DNA of 64,000 nucleotides. Origin: Phoronis australis (lineage: Eukaryota > Animalia > Phoronida). Below, piece after piece: positions 25,430 through 38,710 of the stretch (position 1 is the stretch's first letter; every line of letters starts with the position of its first letter). The notes beneath the pieces are model-generated. The model made no database searches and was not told where the DNA came from. It saw nothing but the letters and a program-made list of their open reading frames with translations. The stretch covers positions 879,531 to 943,530 of the forward strand of contig NMRA01000018.1 in the NCBI GenBank assembly GCA_002633005.1. Direction: 5' to 3'. A program made the translations under genes and the position numbers.

Positions 25430-25960
25430 AAACTTTCGATGGCATACCGTGGTTGTGATTTTTGAGGATTCCTGCCGGGCACAATCCAGAGTGTATTTTG
25501 TCTGTCATACGGCATTTAGTGACCAGTGGCATGTATTGCATCACATGGAATTGTTTTTGTAATACCTCGAATGTATTTGCCAGCTCATTTTTGTGGGTCC
25601 TTTATGGTTTCTGCCGGTACCATTCCAGAGTGTAATTCGTCTGTAATGGGTCATTCGGTGTTCTGCGCTTTACTATTGTCCTTTTTAAATCAGTTTTGGC
25701 TGGTACCTCAAATATCTGGTCAAGCTTATTGTTGCCCCTTTTTAAGGCCCCCAAGGGTCACACCCAGAGTGCAGACAGCGTCAGACATTCATTGCTGTAC
25801 ATACACAGGCAGACTCTAAATGCTCCTGTGGTCAGATGTTGGTACCTCGTTCATCTATGCTATAAGTGCTCTGGGCTTCCGGGCCGGTCTATCAGTCGGC
25901 ACACTCGAGATACACTGGGGTACCCATATGCCCGTTATGTGTTTGTGTCGGACTAGGCTT
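25430..25960 (+). repeat. Highly diverged ~139-bp tandem array (about 4 units)
   Basis: ccagagtg at ~25487, 25625 and 25764; tacctc at ~25563, 25704 and 25843; ctgccgg...ccagagtgta..t.gtctgt.at shared between units 1 and 2. Confidence 0.45.
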
Positions 25961-26798
25961 CACAATGATCTGTTAAAACTTGAATAACGTGGTTTATGTC
26001 CAATCTGTCAAGATTCAGACGGTTCGTTGAAATTTTCGGTTTGATTGCATTGGAGATTTTCTCTTTCTTCCCTCTTAATTACTTAAAGATCCTATGTCTC
26101 ATTAAATCGTGAATATTTAAATTTGTAGCAAGCGCCACCTTGTGATTTCTTGGAGAAATGTGTGTATTCACCTATTTCACGAAAGCGCCATCTTCCCGCG
26201 CCATCTTTAAATACTGATCGAAAACGAGGCACACTGATAAAACCTCGTGAGTGATCATCAGCTGGCCATGATGGTGTACTGGGGTGTGCAGTGCCTGAAC
26301 GTACCAATTTCAGTAATAACTCGTCGCTATCCTTCCCAGGGATGTACTTAGCCACTCGCCCAGTCGCCAATGCCAGTAAAAATGGTGCTGGGCGAGTAGA
26401 AGTTGACTTGCCGGTCGCCCAGGTGGCGCCGATTTCAGAGCGCAAAAGCACTATATATATCGTTTCCCAGATGAATCTGAATAATTTTCCTCCTCCTTGT
26501 GCTGTTTTTATCATGAAGTTAAGGTTCAGTTTGGTCATCGTGTCGATGCTCCGGCAGTAAAAAAAACATCTGCGCAGTGTGACCCTACCGATTCAGTACA
26601 TGTCACCCGTTACGCGATTCGTCAAAAAACACAGTGTGTGGTCGTGCACAAAGAATTTGTGGACTAGAGTCCGAAACGAAAAAAAGGGGAGAAAGGTGGA
26701 AGACCGGTCCATGTGCTCATAGCAAATGAAATACTATATTTCTTGGAACTGATTTCTTATTGTAATGTACAATGTCACTTTAGCCAAAATTATTTTTA

Positions 26799-28279
26799 TA
26801 ACATACGTCCTAATAAGCGCCCATGCCCCTATAAGCGTCCCCACTCGTTTTCAGACTTCGCTAAAACAAGCGCCCAGTCCATGAATGTGTATATATTTGT
26901 GCCTTACCTCACAGTTCTAAAATTCTACAGTAATGTATTCAATTTATCAATAATATACGACAGTCCTGAAAAATCATTGTGAGCGGAATTTCTAGTAGAC
27001 CACGAGCCTCGCCGCTATGTCGGTATTTAGCCATGGCTGTACATCTCAAACCGTTCCGCAGTGCAAAAGATTTGCTGATCTTGCGAGGAAAGTGTCACAC
27101 TATATGGTCTGGCCCTTCAGAACAGACGCAGCGTACTGGTAACAGGATTGGCCGTATTGTATCTTTCCCGTACAGATCTTCTCCCACAACAGGAATCCAG
27201 GGCCCGGTCTCTAATCTTTGTACTCGAAACGAACTCGAAACTATTTTTGGCAATTTCTCTGCTCCTTTTGTGCGAACTTAAGATAATTGGTTATCAGACT
27301 GTGCTCGAATACATTATAGTTTATGCATAGGAGTTTCTAGTTCAAGTTTGCCCTTGAAGACCCTTATATTCGTGCTACAAACTCGAGTAAAAACTCGAAA
27401 TTTCGAGTTCAAACTCGAACTTATTGCTTTAATATTGGGTTTACAAACTGTGAACTAAGGGCAATAAATTATCTACGTAAGTTATTGTGTAATCGAGCAT
27501 AGAATAATACGCACTTATCTTGATTTCGCCCAAAAGTAGAGTAGAAAATGCCAAACCTAATTTCGAGTTCCATTTCGATTAAAAAGATTAGAGACCGGGC
27601 CCAGATTGCTTTGTACACGTCAAATTATAAAAACCGCGAATCGAAATTTGGCCAAGAAGCACGCTAGGGCCTACTTATCATTAATAGTTGGGCCTGCTCA
27701 ATGAGATAAATATAACTACATATACAGCTCATTGGGCCTGTTACTCCGGCAAATGAACACTGATGACAAGCACGCGCTCGCTCACTCGGTGCACACCTGT
27801 TGACTCACTTCAATACAAACGTCACGTAACAAAATATGTGTTCGTCCAGATTTTTCTCGTTGCGGGGTGCGATCTAGCGCAGATTTTTACTTAATCTGCT
27901 TTTAATCCCGACTCCGAGTCCACCGGAACTTAGAATCTTAGAAAAGGCTATTTCATGTAATTTGAGTCGAAACTATTTTTACTCAAGAATTCAAGTTGTC
28001 CTATCGACGATCGCGAAGCAGCGACGCATCACTGAGTCGGCAAGTTTTCGCCCTGGGATTTCAGCACATTTTTTTTAAAAAGATCGTAATTTAACAACAG
28101 AGTTTGATAGCAATGCACCACAGTTTTGTAGACAGTCTGTCATAGGTTACACGTACGTCACAGCGCGTAAATTTGATGAATCCTAGCTTCCGAGATTTCA
28201 CCCGTTTCGGAGACCGGGTTTTAACCGCCGTAGGCTACAAAAAGCGTCCCCCTGGGCGCTTTTTAAGGCGAATACGGTA
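26799..28279. mobile_element. Non-autonomous Tc1/mariner-pogo-like element
   Basis: Right end gggcgctttttaaggcgaatacggta; degenerate left end catacgtcctaataagcgccc with a repeated taagcg(c/t)cc motif. Confidence 0.55.
27201..27601. mobile_element. PIF/Harbinger MITE, 401 bp, CAG TSD
   Basis: Perfect 19-bp TIR ggcccggtctctaatcttt / aaagattagagaccgggcc, 3-bp CWG-type TSD (cag) on both sides, and internal aactcga repeats. Confidence 0.85.
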
Positions 28280-31200
28280 GCCCTAATAGATGGTGACATC
28301 AGTGCACGAAACGATGATTTTTATATAACCTAGCAGCAAGTTTGTGGTGACTGGCTCCAACGGCCGGGTGACTGAAGTTCGGGCTGGGCGAGTAGATTTT
28401 GTGGCTCCCGCACTCGCCCAGCAGGGTTTTTCAAGACTAAAAGCCTGGGTATATCCCTGACTTCCACACTTTCCAAAAGAGGGAAAACTACGAAGGAATG
28501 GCTGAGGAGGGTAAAAGTCTAGTTGCCGTGCGTATTGGTATGTTTTTGGAGATCGATTCAATATCAGACAACTTGATTTTTGGTAACGTTGATAAGTCTT
28601 TTGACCACACCACCTTGCAGGACGATGCCATGTTTGTCAAGGCGCCTCGTTTTCAATCAACACGACAGCAGCGCCCCGCGTTCGTGAAATAGGGGAATAT
28701 GTATAATCAGTAAATAAACCATTTGTAAACACAATGAAGTTTAAAGAAAACAGCACAACTGAACGGATACACTTAAAACAAGTGTGAACATAGGAAGCCT
28801 TAGTAATGTTATCGTCATTTGATAGTGAACTGAACAAATAATAAAAACGGTGCTTTGTTTTTACTAGCGTAACGATGGCATATACTCATTTCCATAAAAA
28901 TGGTCACGCAACATGAGACTTTCGCGAGATTGTAATTATGACAACTGGTTTTCGGCTCAGTGAAAGACCCGGGGTTGTTTGTAAACTAGTTCTTCGTTTG
29001 CACATTCACAATTCAATGAGACATAGCATCTTTAAACGATGCATACAAGCCTACTGACCGAGTACATAGGTACCCAGTTGTGTACATACATGTAGTCTGT
29101 AGCTTACATAAGATATCGGAATACCCATTTCAAAACGCTTTCTCCCATCTTTGCGACCTTATCTGCATTTGCATTGCCGTCAATTCCTACATGGGCTCTG
29201 ACCCATTGTGTATTGACATTTCTCAATCACAAGCTTGTTAAGCTCATTACTTTGGAAACTGAAGGCCAATTCCTTGTCTCTGTGATTGCTCAGACAAATT
29301 AGAAACACAACTTATAGTGACGACGTTTATATGACGGAGGTTGAAAATTGCCAAATGTTTTTAAGAACGAGTTTTGTTTGAAAATGATCCGCCGCAAATC
29401 TTTGAAACGTGTCCAGCAAGAATCGTGACGTGGTGATACGGGCTATGTGAGCCTGCGAGGCACGACATTAGTGAAAAAGTCACCTTTTTGCAGACTTTTT
29501 AGCTTTCACATTTACAAGTTGTCATTGAATACAACTGCATTTTGTTTAGCGTAGATTTTTGTTAAATTAGCATTGTCGTTTAGTTCCTGCTATACATTAA
29601 CATAGTTATGAGCATTGAAATATATCAATAATGCAAGCATTAACGCAGGTAGTGTCTACCCATGATTTATGTAGGGCTCTTTCGCTACTTGGCTGTCAGA
29701 AAAGATGTTAATTGGCTGATTGCGCGGATCAGTGTTTTATTGGCGTGCCACTGAGCGGCTCTATTAGTTACACTATGAGTTACCTCAGCTTGGAACACCA
29801 GGACAACTTTGGCTATAGGCCAGGCCATTAAAGCACTAAATTTGGCACGCTGGTACTTTTTGACACGAGTACGCTGAATGTCATGGTGGTTGTTCGCAAA
29901 ATTTTGATGTCAAGGTCAAAGTCAGATCTCGAAAAACAAAATGGCCGCCAAGTAAAACAATCTATGAAAGATTATAACTCATTTAAAGGTTAAGTATGGT
30001 ACTTAATAAGAAATCTATCAAAATGACATTGTAACATGTTTTCCTCATAAAGGTAAATTAATACACCTCATTTGTATAAAACCTTGCCTGCGCTCTATAA
30101 GTTCACCGTACTTCATTTTGTTTATGTATATACAGCATATCGTTCAGTGGTAATGTACAGTGCAACTTCCTTTTTGAACACTGCAAGACAGGATTTTTGC
30201 ACTTCAACCTTTGTTTATAAATGTGGTACTTGCCGAGGTAAAGAACCATACTTTGTGAAGCCGCTTCCACCTGAACACCAAACAGAACTGATTGTAAGGA
30301 CAGTTATAAGCTATGTCCAACAGTATCTACGAGCCAGTTATTTACATTACTCCAAAACTGTTAAATAACGTTACACGACTAGTATACATGGACAATAGAT
30401 TCACTTTCAACTAAGCAAAAAGTGCACAATGAGCTATCAATTACGCCAGTCTTGTATAACAATTCATTACAGCCTATAATTCTGAGAACCAGCCTAAGCT
30501 AGAAATATCTCAGAGAAATATCTTCGGTGAATGAATAGCTGTAGGAAAAAACATTATACCACCCCTCTGTACTATCACTTTACTTCATTTGACACTTTGT
30601 TTTTCGCAATTTTGAGAGTCAATAACTCCTTTGACATCTGGACTTGTAGTGCTTTGACAAAGTATTCTACGAAACCAAGTTGATTTAATAGCTTTCATAA
30701 AAGAAGTGACGTCAATCACTCTGGCTCCACCAACATTATGCTCTTGACAATTTTTTCCGCTTAACCGGTCCATACAAAACACTAGAACATTTTGTTCAGT
30801 TTCTTCAGGAAATCTTGTGAAGGGGAGTGGAGACTTGTGAAAGGATTATAAGTTTTAGCATAGTTATGGATTTCACAACTGTTATATTCTTCCAAAAAGT
30901 GTAAAGTTTCTTTTTACCCACAAGTCTATAGCCTTCTTTATTTCACCAAGCTTGCTATTAAAATATATGTCGGGAATTTTATTCAAATCACTGAAGAGTT
31001 GAATACCCAGTAAAGTGAATTCTGATGTTACCCACTTCAGTTTTACGTCGCAACACATTTTTGATAATTAGCCTTCGTAGAACCTATCCAAATACAAATT
31101 GTTTGTTTACAGGTTTGGCTTTAGATCATAATGTATCGCAAATTGCTTTAAAATGTGAAGTGCTTTCCGAAGAGACTGCTCCGAGCCATTTAAAGATATA

Positions 31201-31705
31201 ACTGTATCATCTGCATACTGCATTTACCGATCCGACCCCGATACCCATAACACTGTTGTCTAATCTAAAGAGCCAACCCATAATCTCTGCACATATAATA
31301 AAAAGGTATAGTGATAACGGATTACCTTGTCTGCAATCACGCCCTGTGTCAAAAAAGTTAGATGTGACACTGTTTTGTATAACACATTGCTTTGCCCATA
31401 CGTTTAGTCTATGGACTCATTTTTTCATTGAGTCACCTAAATTAAAGAAATTTAGAATTTTCCTAAATAAGACCAAAACAAGGAGTCAAACGCTGTTCCA
31501 AAGTCCACCAGTAAAAGCAAACTCGGTTTATTACACTGTTCAGTAAACTGCACCAAGACATAAGTCTGCCTTATATTTTCTGTTATGAAACGCCCAGGAA
31601 GAAAACCCTATTGGTTAGGGTGTATTAACTTTTGTATTACAGAACGAACTCGTTGGGAAATGCAAGACGACAAAAGTTTGTAACTGATATTATTCAAAAG
31701 GGAAA

Positions 31706-32674
31706 TATATTATGTAAAATGCATCGTTTGCACAAACTCCGTCTCCCCCGCTCCACTACAGACCTTTGTTGAGCCCATTTCGGCACCGCCTTGGTTCCAG
31801 GTATTGCACCGGCCCCCTATTAGGATTTGAGGTTCCTATAATTTTCTCGCGGGCCGTTTTTTCGCGGACGCGGAGGGAGGGGGCCAGCTTCGTACTGGCC
31901 TTGGTGACCTTAGTCGGTCGGCTCAACGGCCTGGTGACGTCACACCGCCGGCTTAATTTCACTCCCTCCGGCTTTTGTCGCGTATACAAATCATGGGGCC
32001 TGTCGTTGCCCAAATTAATGATGCCTCATTAAAAATTGTTTACTCATCCTTGAGTAAACTAAATTATTTACCCGGGTGTTGGCTTTCTTCAGTTATTCTG
32101 CTGCTAAAATTGCCATGCGCTCTTTGGGTGCCATTGCGTCTCCTATTGGCCAAGTTCCATGTTCTTCAATCAACTGCGAAGTTACGTACAGATCATAACA
32201 ATCGGAAGTGGTTTCATTTCGTTACAAGTTTTTACTATTTTAATACCAGAAAACCAAATTTCAGAACAAACTCTCGAGAGATATCGCAAAGTTTTAGGAA
32301 ATGGCGCGTAGGCCTACATGCGCGTGTCACGAGTATGCACCGTTTTCAAAATGACGACAGGTTTTCCTTTGTTAACGTTAATAGATTTTTTACTTCTATG
32401 AACAGCTGTAACGGACAAGGTGAATGTTACGGCAGGGTCAAATGTTCTGGAAAGAAATTTGTACTGCCTAGAAAAAGAATCCCGCAGCCGCACACCTTGC
32501 TTACTGATATCTGACAGTGACAGCAATTCTGCTTGAAGCTTTGAACACGGTCTCTTTAGTAATATTCCTGTCTCTTGCGATGAACACTCGATTCACTCTT
32601 AGGTGTAGCTATTTCCCCTCGGCGTTTTCCACTAGCTGCTACCTGTGCCAAAGCACGGGTCGGGTAACGGCTAG
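31706..32674 (+). mobile_element. Non-autonomous Helitron inserted in the LINE RT
   Basis: It interrupts RT just before ISLLN. A 3' hairpin acctgtgc-caaa-gcacgggt (32641-32660) lies 10 nt before CTAG|T (32671-32675). The 5' end tatattatgtaaaat resembles a decayed TCTAT start. No TSD is visible. Confidence 0.7.
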
Positions 32675-33823
32675 TTGTGTTTGTTTCAAGGTTAATTCCG
32701 CTTGTGCATGATGGTACTAACCCTCTAAAGTTGGTAGTTTGGAATGAAGCCTCTTCTGAAACTATGATTGTATGCTTCAATAAGATTCTTCGCTAGATCA
32801 TTCCAGAGAAATTTATGAAATTCAGTGGTGAAACCGACCGGACCTTGACTTTTATTATTTTCACGTGCTTCAATGACGTAAGCACCGCCCCTTCTGAGAT
32901 TTCTAATTCGAGTGAGTTGCTTTCAGCTTCACTTAACTTAGGAATTTTGGTGCTCGGTATGACGTCTTTCGAATTAACTCCGTATAGTAATCAGTCCTTA
33001 GGCGAATACAGCTCCTTATAAAAGTGACATTTATTTCAGAAGTTCTTTTTGATCCTCAATTGTTTCACCACTCACCGTTACCATTTTAGTACCATCCTTA
33101 TTGACAAAGTACGTTTTTCCAAATTACAAAAATACTTAGTAGGTTTTTCACCTCCCTCCTTCCACCTAGCCTTTGCTCTTAACACCACCCCTTTCATTTC
33201 TTCAGCTCTCATTGATTCGAGTTGAACCTTCAGATCAGACAATCTTCTGTCCAATTCAGTGGGTGGGGTACTTTGGTTTCGGGATGTAGTGGAACTGATG
33301 AGAGATTCAATCTCTTTTTTCCGCTTGTTATGATTCTGCTTTTTCTAACAACTGTACGAAATAGTACGTAACCTAATATTCAAGAGAAAAACATCTAGAA
33401 GAAGTCAGTCATCTATGTTGGGTCCACACTGGCCGAACTCATATGGCGTATAGTCCCTTACTGTGTTCTCAATTACCTCCTTAATTGTATTGAAGTAATC
33501 TCTGTCTCTGAGAAATTAAGTGTTAAAGTGCCAGATAGGCTACCTCGACCCCTCACAACTTTCGAGTTTCTCAACAAAAGAGAGATAAGAAAATGATCTG
33601 TTCTATAATCAGACTGAATTTTGGCGTCATCTGTGAGTGAAAGCAGCTCTGTAGAAATTAAAAAGAAGTCCAATCAGGCCCTTTGTACTGGATTCCTCTG
33701 CATCCAGGTAAATAACTTCTTGTCTAGATTCTACCCTCTCCTGCGGTCTACAAGGTTAAGTTTACTCTTAAGGTGGAGGGCTTCCTTAGAAGCATTTAAA
33801 TTATTTTGTCTTTTGTACCCCTG

Positions 33824-34276
33824 TCAATCTTTGTAATAACTTGGTGCAACATTCCAGTCACCGCATACAATTACGAATTCAGAGTTAAAATCTGAAATAA
33901 TGTTATCAGCATTTTTGTAGAAATCTGGGTTGTCTCTGTTTGGACCGTACAAATTTATCAGAGATACTAGATAATTGTTTTCGATCAAGAATTCTGTGGC
34001 AACTAAATGACTATTCGAATATATTCCTTTGAACTTCACTTCAAATTCAAAGTTTTTATTAAAACGACTCCACACACCGCGTGATTCTCGTCTTCCTGGG
34101 TCGATCAATATATCATTACCCCAGATAGATCGACTCTTAAATTCGTTTCTTCTTTGGTGAAATGAGTGTCCTGGATGCAGTAAATACAACAACTTTTCTC
34201 TCTTACAAAGTGGGGCACATCTCTGCGTTTTGTCTCCTAGGCCTCTACAATTCATTGAGATAATGCAAACCATCAT
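33824..34276 (-). pseudogene. APE endonuclease domain of LINE ORF2
   Basis: MMVCIISMNCRGLGDK...LINLYGPNRDNPDFY...VIVCGDWN. Confidence 0.9.
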
Positions 34277-34917
34277 CTTGTTTTACTGAGCTGTGCTTAT
34301 TTCCTTGACTAAAACCTGAGTAAATGACTCATTGTATCGACACCAACAACCATGATAGAAAATAATTTATTTAATGAAAAATGGGCATGTGCAAGTCGAA
34401 TGTAGTGACAATATTTGTTGCCAATACATGTGCACAAGTAATAAAATGGTATTAAACTATGTAAACACTCATCAACGTAATTCTGGCCATTTTCCGAAAC
34501 CGAATTTCAATGGGATACAATCACATGTCAATGGCGTAGTCTCAACCCGCAGCACGATCCAAAACACTAGCACACCAGGGGGTTATCTACACTTTATGTA
34601 CGCAAAGAGCAATCACCACTGATGCCAAATGTTGTATAAGGACCCAACGGGATGCGTGCTACAGAGTGAGTCCAATCCACGGTCAAGTGAAGATTTGGTC
34701 GTTCAGATTATACACAGAGTGAGAACATGACAAGAATGCTATACAAAGCAGTCGAATAATCACATGTTGATTTTCCTTCACTGCTACTGAGCTCATGAAT
34801 CTTAAAACCCAGAACCAAGGGAAGTCTCGAGTTCTCAGCAAGTGGTCTCATCCGTCACAATACAGAAGAAAGAGAAAAGACTCCAGAAATAATGAGCCAC
34901 TAGTAAACAACCCTACA

Positions 34918-35257
34918 CGGTGGCGGATTTAGGGGGGGCAACACAGTGCCAGATTTAGGGAGGCCAAGGTGGCCATGGTCCCCCTAAAATTCTCCCAGAT
35001 ACCATTTGACCGTTCGGGGTGCGATTAATTGCTGACTAGCATATGCTCGCACCCAGGGGGGCTCGGGGGATGAATGTATAATGCATAGGCATTGAACAAA
35101 CCCCCTTTACTGTTTTTTGTTGTAATAAGGTCCACAAACCCAAACATTCGAGACCCTTGCATCCCTACATTTCAGGCTGGGCGAGTGCATGTGGCGAAAT
35201 TCTGGTTATTCTTGAGCCCTGCCCCCCCCTCAACTCAAAATCCTGGATCCGTCCCTG
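34918..35257. mobile_element. GC-rich MITE(s) inserted between LINE ORF1 and ORF2
   Basis: cggtggcggatttaggggg...cctggatccgtccctg, same family as 3822-3978. Flanks are ctaca / ctatca. Confidence 0.6.
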
Positions 35258-37659
35258 CTATCAAACGTCACTGAAGTGATCTTAAAGAGGATCAGCGCAA
35301 CACATACTTTAACCGCACGTACATGTACAAACATGACGGTACATAAATACAGGTGCGCCGGGACTAAACAAAGGGGGTTACACCCAATGGTTTACACACT
35401 GAGGCAGAGAGAAATACAAATACTGACCTAATGTTACTTGTAAACTACGCACGTTATGCGTCACAGTGGAGTAGCACGAGTCTACGTACACTGATCGCTT
35501 GTTATTTAAATGCCTGACAAATCCTGTAGACTATTTTATATTTACTCGCCTTATGTCGCCACCCCAGTCTTTGTAGTATACACGGCCATTGAATGTCCAC
35601 AAACCCTGAAACTTGGCACCCAAGTCTCTGTAGGATTTGAACAGCTGTGCTCGGCGTTTGTTCAAGTTCTCGTTCACAACTAAAAACTATGATTGCGACG
35701 TATTTTAAATTTTCTTCTTTTTCGTGAAGTCAGACCGAGCATTGCAGGGCACAAATTTCACAATAATGGGACACTTATTGGTCGAAACTGCATCTTTTCT
35801 ACCTAGTTGGTGGCTACGACTAATGTCAGACTTTTGGGTTGAGGCTCCCATTTTTGTACCAGTGAGATCGCAATATTGTCGGTGTTTCCTCTTTCTATTT
35901 CAGTTACCCCATTGATAACCAAATAGTTTCTCCGGCGATATTGTCTGTTCATTCTCCTGTTATTCCACTCGTCGCTCGATCACTTCTTTGAATTCTGAAA
36001 GTTGACTTTCCAGGGATTTTATTTTTTTTTTGTCCTTTCCTCCAGCTTTTTATCGGATTCCAAATCTAAGACCTTGTAAATCTCATTCCTCTTATCCTCT
36101 ATTTTAAAAAAGTTTCAGTAGGCCTTTGAACACAGATTAGATTTCACCGTCCATTAAGGCTTCTTTGAGGTCATCTTTCAGTGAAACCTTTGTCACTTTG
36201 TGACTGGCCTGTTTTTCCTTCGTCAAAATGGCTTCCATGGTAGGCCGCTACCAGTGACTTTAAACCAGGTGATTTGTGTAATTCCTCTGTCTCCGTATTA
36301 CTAGGCACACCTTTGATACCTTTTTTATCCTTCCCTTGCCCCTCACGAGTAATTGATTTGAAGATCTTTATCCCGTCTGTTTAGATATTTCTGCATAATT
36401 GGTGGAGAGACTTGGGGAGTGCCAGAAACTCAAACTTACCGCCATCATAACGTCATCCATTGTATAGAACCTGACAGACTAGGCCTACCAAAAACTCAGA
36501 GGCCAGTATGCTTCTTCTAGCTCATGTCTACATGTTCACTGTTGGAGCAAAACAAAACAGGCTCGGGGGTATTACTCTTTTATTGTCAGCAGTACAAGTG
36601 ACAGTAGTAGTAGAAGCAGGTAAACTGAAATGTAACAAAAAAACATGTTTTGGGTTTACTTTTATTTCAATAGATTAACACATGAATTTTAAAAAAATGT
36701 AGGTAAAAATCAAGTTCAGCAGACATCCATTTCAGGTGTTTTTGCAATTCTGTAATTGAGATTGTCACCTCCATTCAAATTTCAATTATATATTTGGTTC
36801 AATTAAAAGGTCACATCCTTCCTACTCACTGCTGAAGATAAAAAATGGAAAATGTTGTATTTTGTATTGGGCATATCATCTGTGACACACTGATCTCAAC
36901 ATTTCGTTGCCAATAAACAATAGAGTTATGCCAACACATGGAATTGAAAGGAATTATGATATGAAGCAAGCAAAATTTTGGAGCGTTGACTGCCTATGGC
37001 CAGTGAGCTCATTGCAATAACACAACTGTTTCCCTGGTCTGACATCACCAACGGTTAGGTAATCGCATAAGGCTGAAGTCGGATAAGATCGTTACTGCTG
37101 GGCTTCTCTAATTAACAGCGCTGTGGGGACAAGACTGCCCTGTGCGACAGATTCATACAGTGCTATTCTTTGCGTTGAAAAGCAGTTGCTTTGGTGTCAA
37201 ACTATGTTTTTAAGTACACTAACAAAATAGGGTAAAACTAACGAACGCAAATAAACTACTTTATATCATGCAAAAAGAGTATTTACGCCGATATCGCCCC
37301 AAGTCCAACCAAATCCCGTGGAATAATTGTGTGTATGTACATTGACGTTTCTCCACCATCAACGTTTGTGGAATGACATTCGAAAAAGGCGGCACGAGAA
37401 TACATAGTCAGAGAGAGCGACATGTGGTGCAAGGACTACACAGTAACAATTCTACTTTAAAGGCACAAAACAAGCGTATTCGTACTTAAGTCAGAATAAC
37501 ATGATATGGCAGTCTCCAGAAACATTCACAGTGTAGTGAACCGATTGTCAACTGCTTATGATATCAACACAATAAAACGGATTAATGTCAAATTGTCAGT
37601 GCAACTCAAAATTCAATTAACACTATCGTCGGTTACTTTTGTCCATAACAAAGCATGTT

Positions 37660-38270
37660 ACCCGCAGGTTACCTGGCATTAGCTAAGTGCAACGCATGCT
37701 AAGGAATTGCTTTTACAGCAACATATCTTGCCGCATACTGGTACAATCTTGCAATCACACTTAATGAGCTTTGGAGACTCCAGGCATGTCTGTCCAGCAA
37801 GGTGTCCATCTTTGGTCCGTGTCTCTCTGCCATCCAAACCCCTCTAGACATGGTTTCCCTTGAATGTGCATCACTTTTAAGCCATATGCCAGCTTGATAC
37901 AAGCCTCTGTTAAAACACGTTTTATCAAAGCAGATTTGGTAGCAGGTAGATTTGGCATGAGATGAAATTTTCGGGGGAAAAGCTCTCTTCGTACTATTGA
38001 CTTGGGTGGTTTTGGCTTTACGACTCACATAGGAGACACATACATGTAAATGCCTCAGTTGCTTTGAATTCGTGACTAGCGAACCCCAGCTGTCCGCCTT
38101 TACAATAGGAAGGCTTGGAAAACAGATCCCATTATCAGTTTTGGCCATTTCCAGTTAGGATCTGTCCGTGAAACAAATCACCTCATTCTAGTGTGCTTCT
38201 ATAAGATATCCGTCTAGCAATCTTCATGAAGAATTCGTTTGTGTGGTTTAAAGCTGTGATCTTGACATCA
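37660..38270 (-). pseudogene. Academ(X)-like transposase C-terminal relic (XPG-adjacent/Cys-rich end)
   Basis: Frameshifted NLPATKSALIKRVL / RGLYQAGIW / PCLEGFGWQRDTDQRWTPCWTDMP followed by a Cys-rich tail, matching the LPPT...RAxYQxxIW...GW...WxPxW pattern. Confidence 0.6.
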
Positions 38271-38276
38271 TTAGAT

Positions 38277-38480
38277 TAGGGGGCAGGCCCAGGATTTATA
38301 GTTGCGGGGAGCAGGCCAGAGTATTAGCCAGGATTTTGCCCGTCAGACATTCGCACCCCGAATTGCCAAATAAAATCTTGGAGAGTTTTAGGGGGGCCGT
38401 GGCCCCGTGGCCCCCTTGCCCCCGCCCCCCCCCCCTCAAAATCCGNCCCCCGCCCCCCCCCCCCTCAAAATCCGCCACTG
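38277..38480 (-). mobile_element. GC-rich MITE (family of 3822-3978)
   Basis: The reverse complement shares cgaatgtctgacgggcaaaatcctgg.taatactctg; ends aatccgccactg. Confidence 0.7.
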
Positions 38481-38710
38481 TGCTCAATAATTGCCCAGAA
38501 TTGGCCATTGGTGTAATACACTCGTTCTGTTGATTTGCAGACCTTCATATGGAAATCACGCCTGGTATCCGGGCTCACCATGAAAAGGTATCAAGTAGAT
38601 CGAAGTCTCCGTAGATGCCATTGTAATTAAACACAAATCTTCTAGCACGGTACTGAGGTTTTCGTTTTCTCTGACAGTCGCGCAGTATAGTTTAACTGTA
38701 GAGCACACTT

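Larger units (their letters stand above)
30070..36450 (-). mobile_element. Decayed near full-length L1/Tx1-like LINE
   Basis: ORF1 relic at ~36396-35500 (DISRSHQLGR). APE endonuclease at 34276-33500 (IISMNCRGL, INLYGPN, VCGDWN, TDH). RT motifs KSQGPVGFTTEFHK, ISLLN, NQ*GFLPGRFITENI and QYADDT. 3' CCHC motif CTFCLVESESIVH. Many stops and frameshifts. Confidence 0.9.

Noticed and set aside
31975-32514. 179-aa ORF inside the Helitron
   Set aside because: No Rep/helicase or other recognisable motif; likely spurious.
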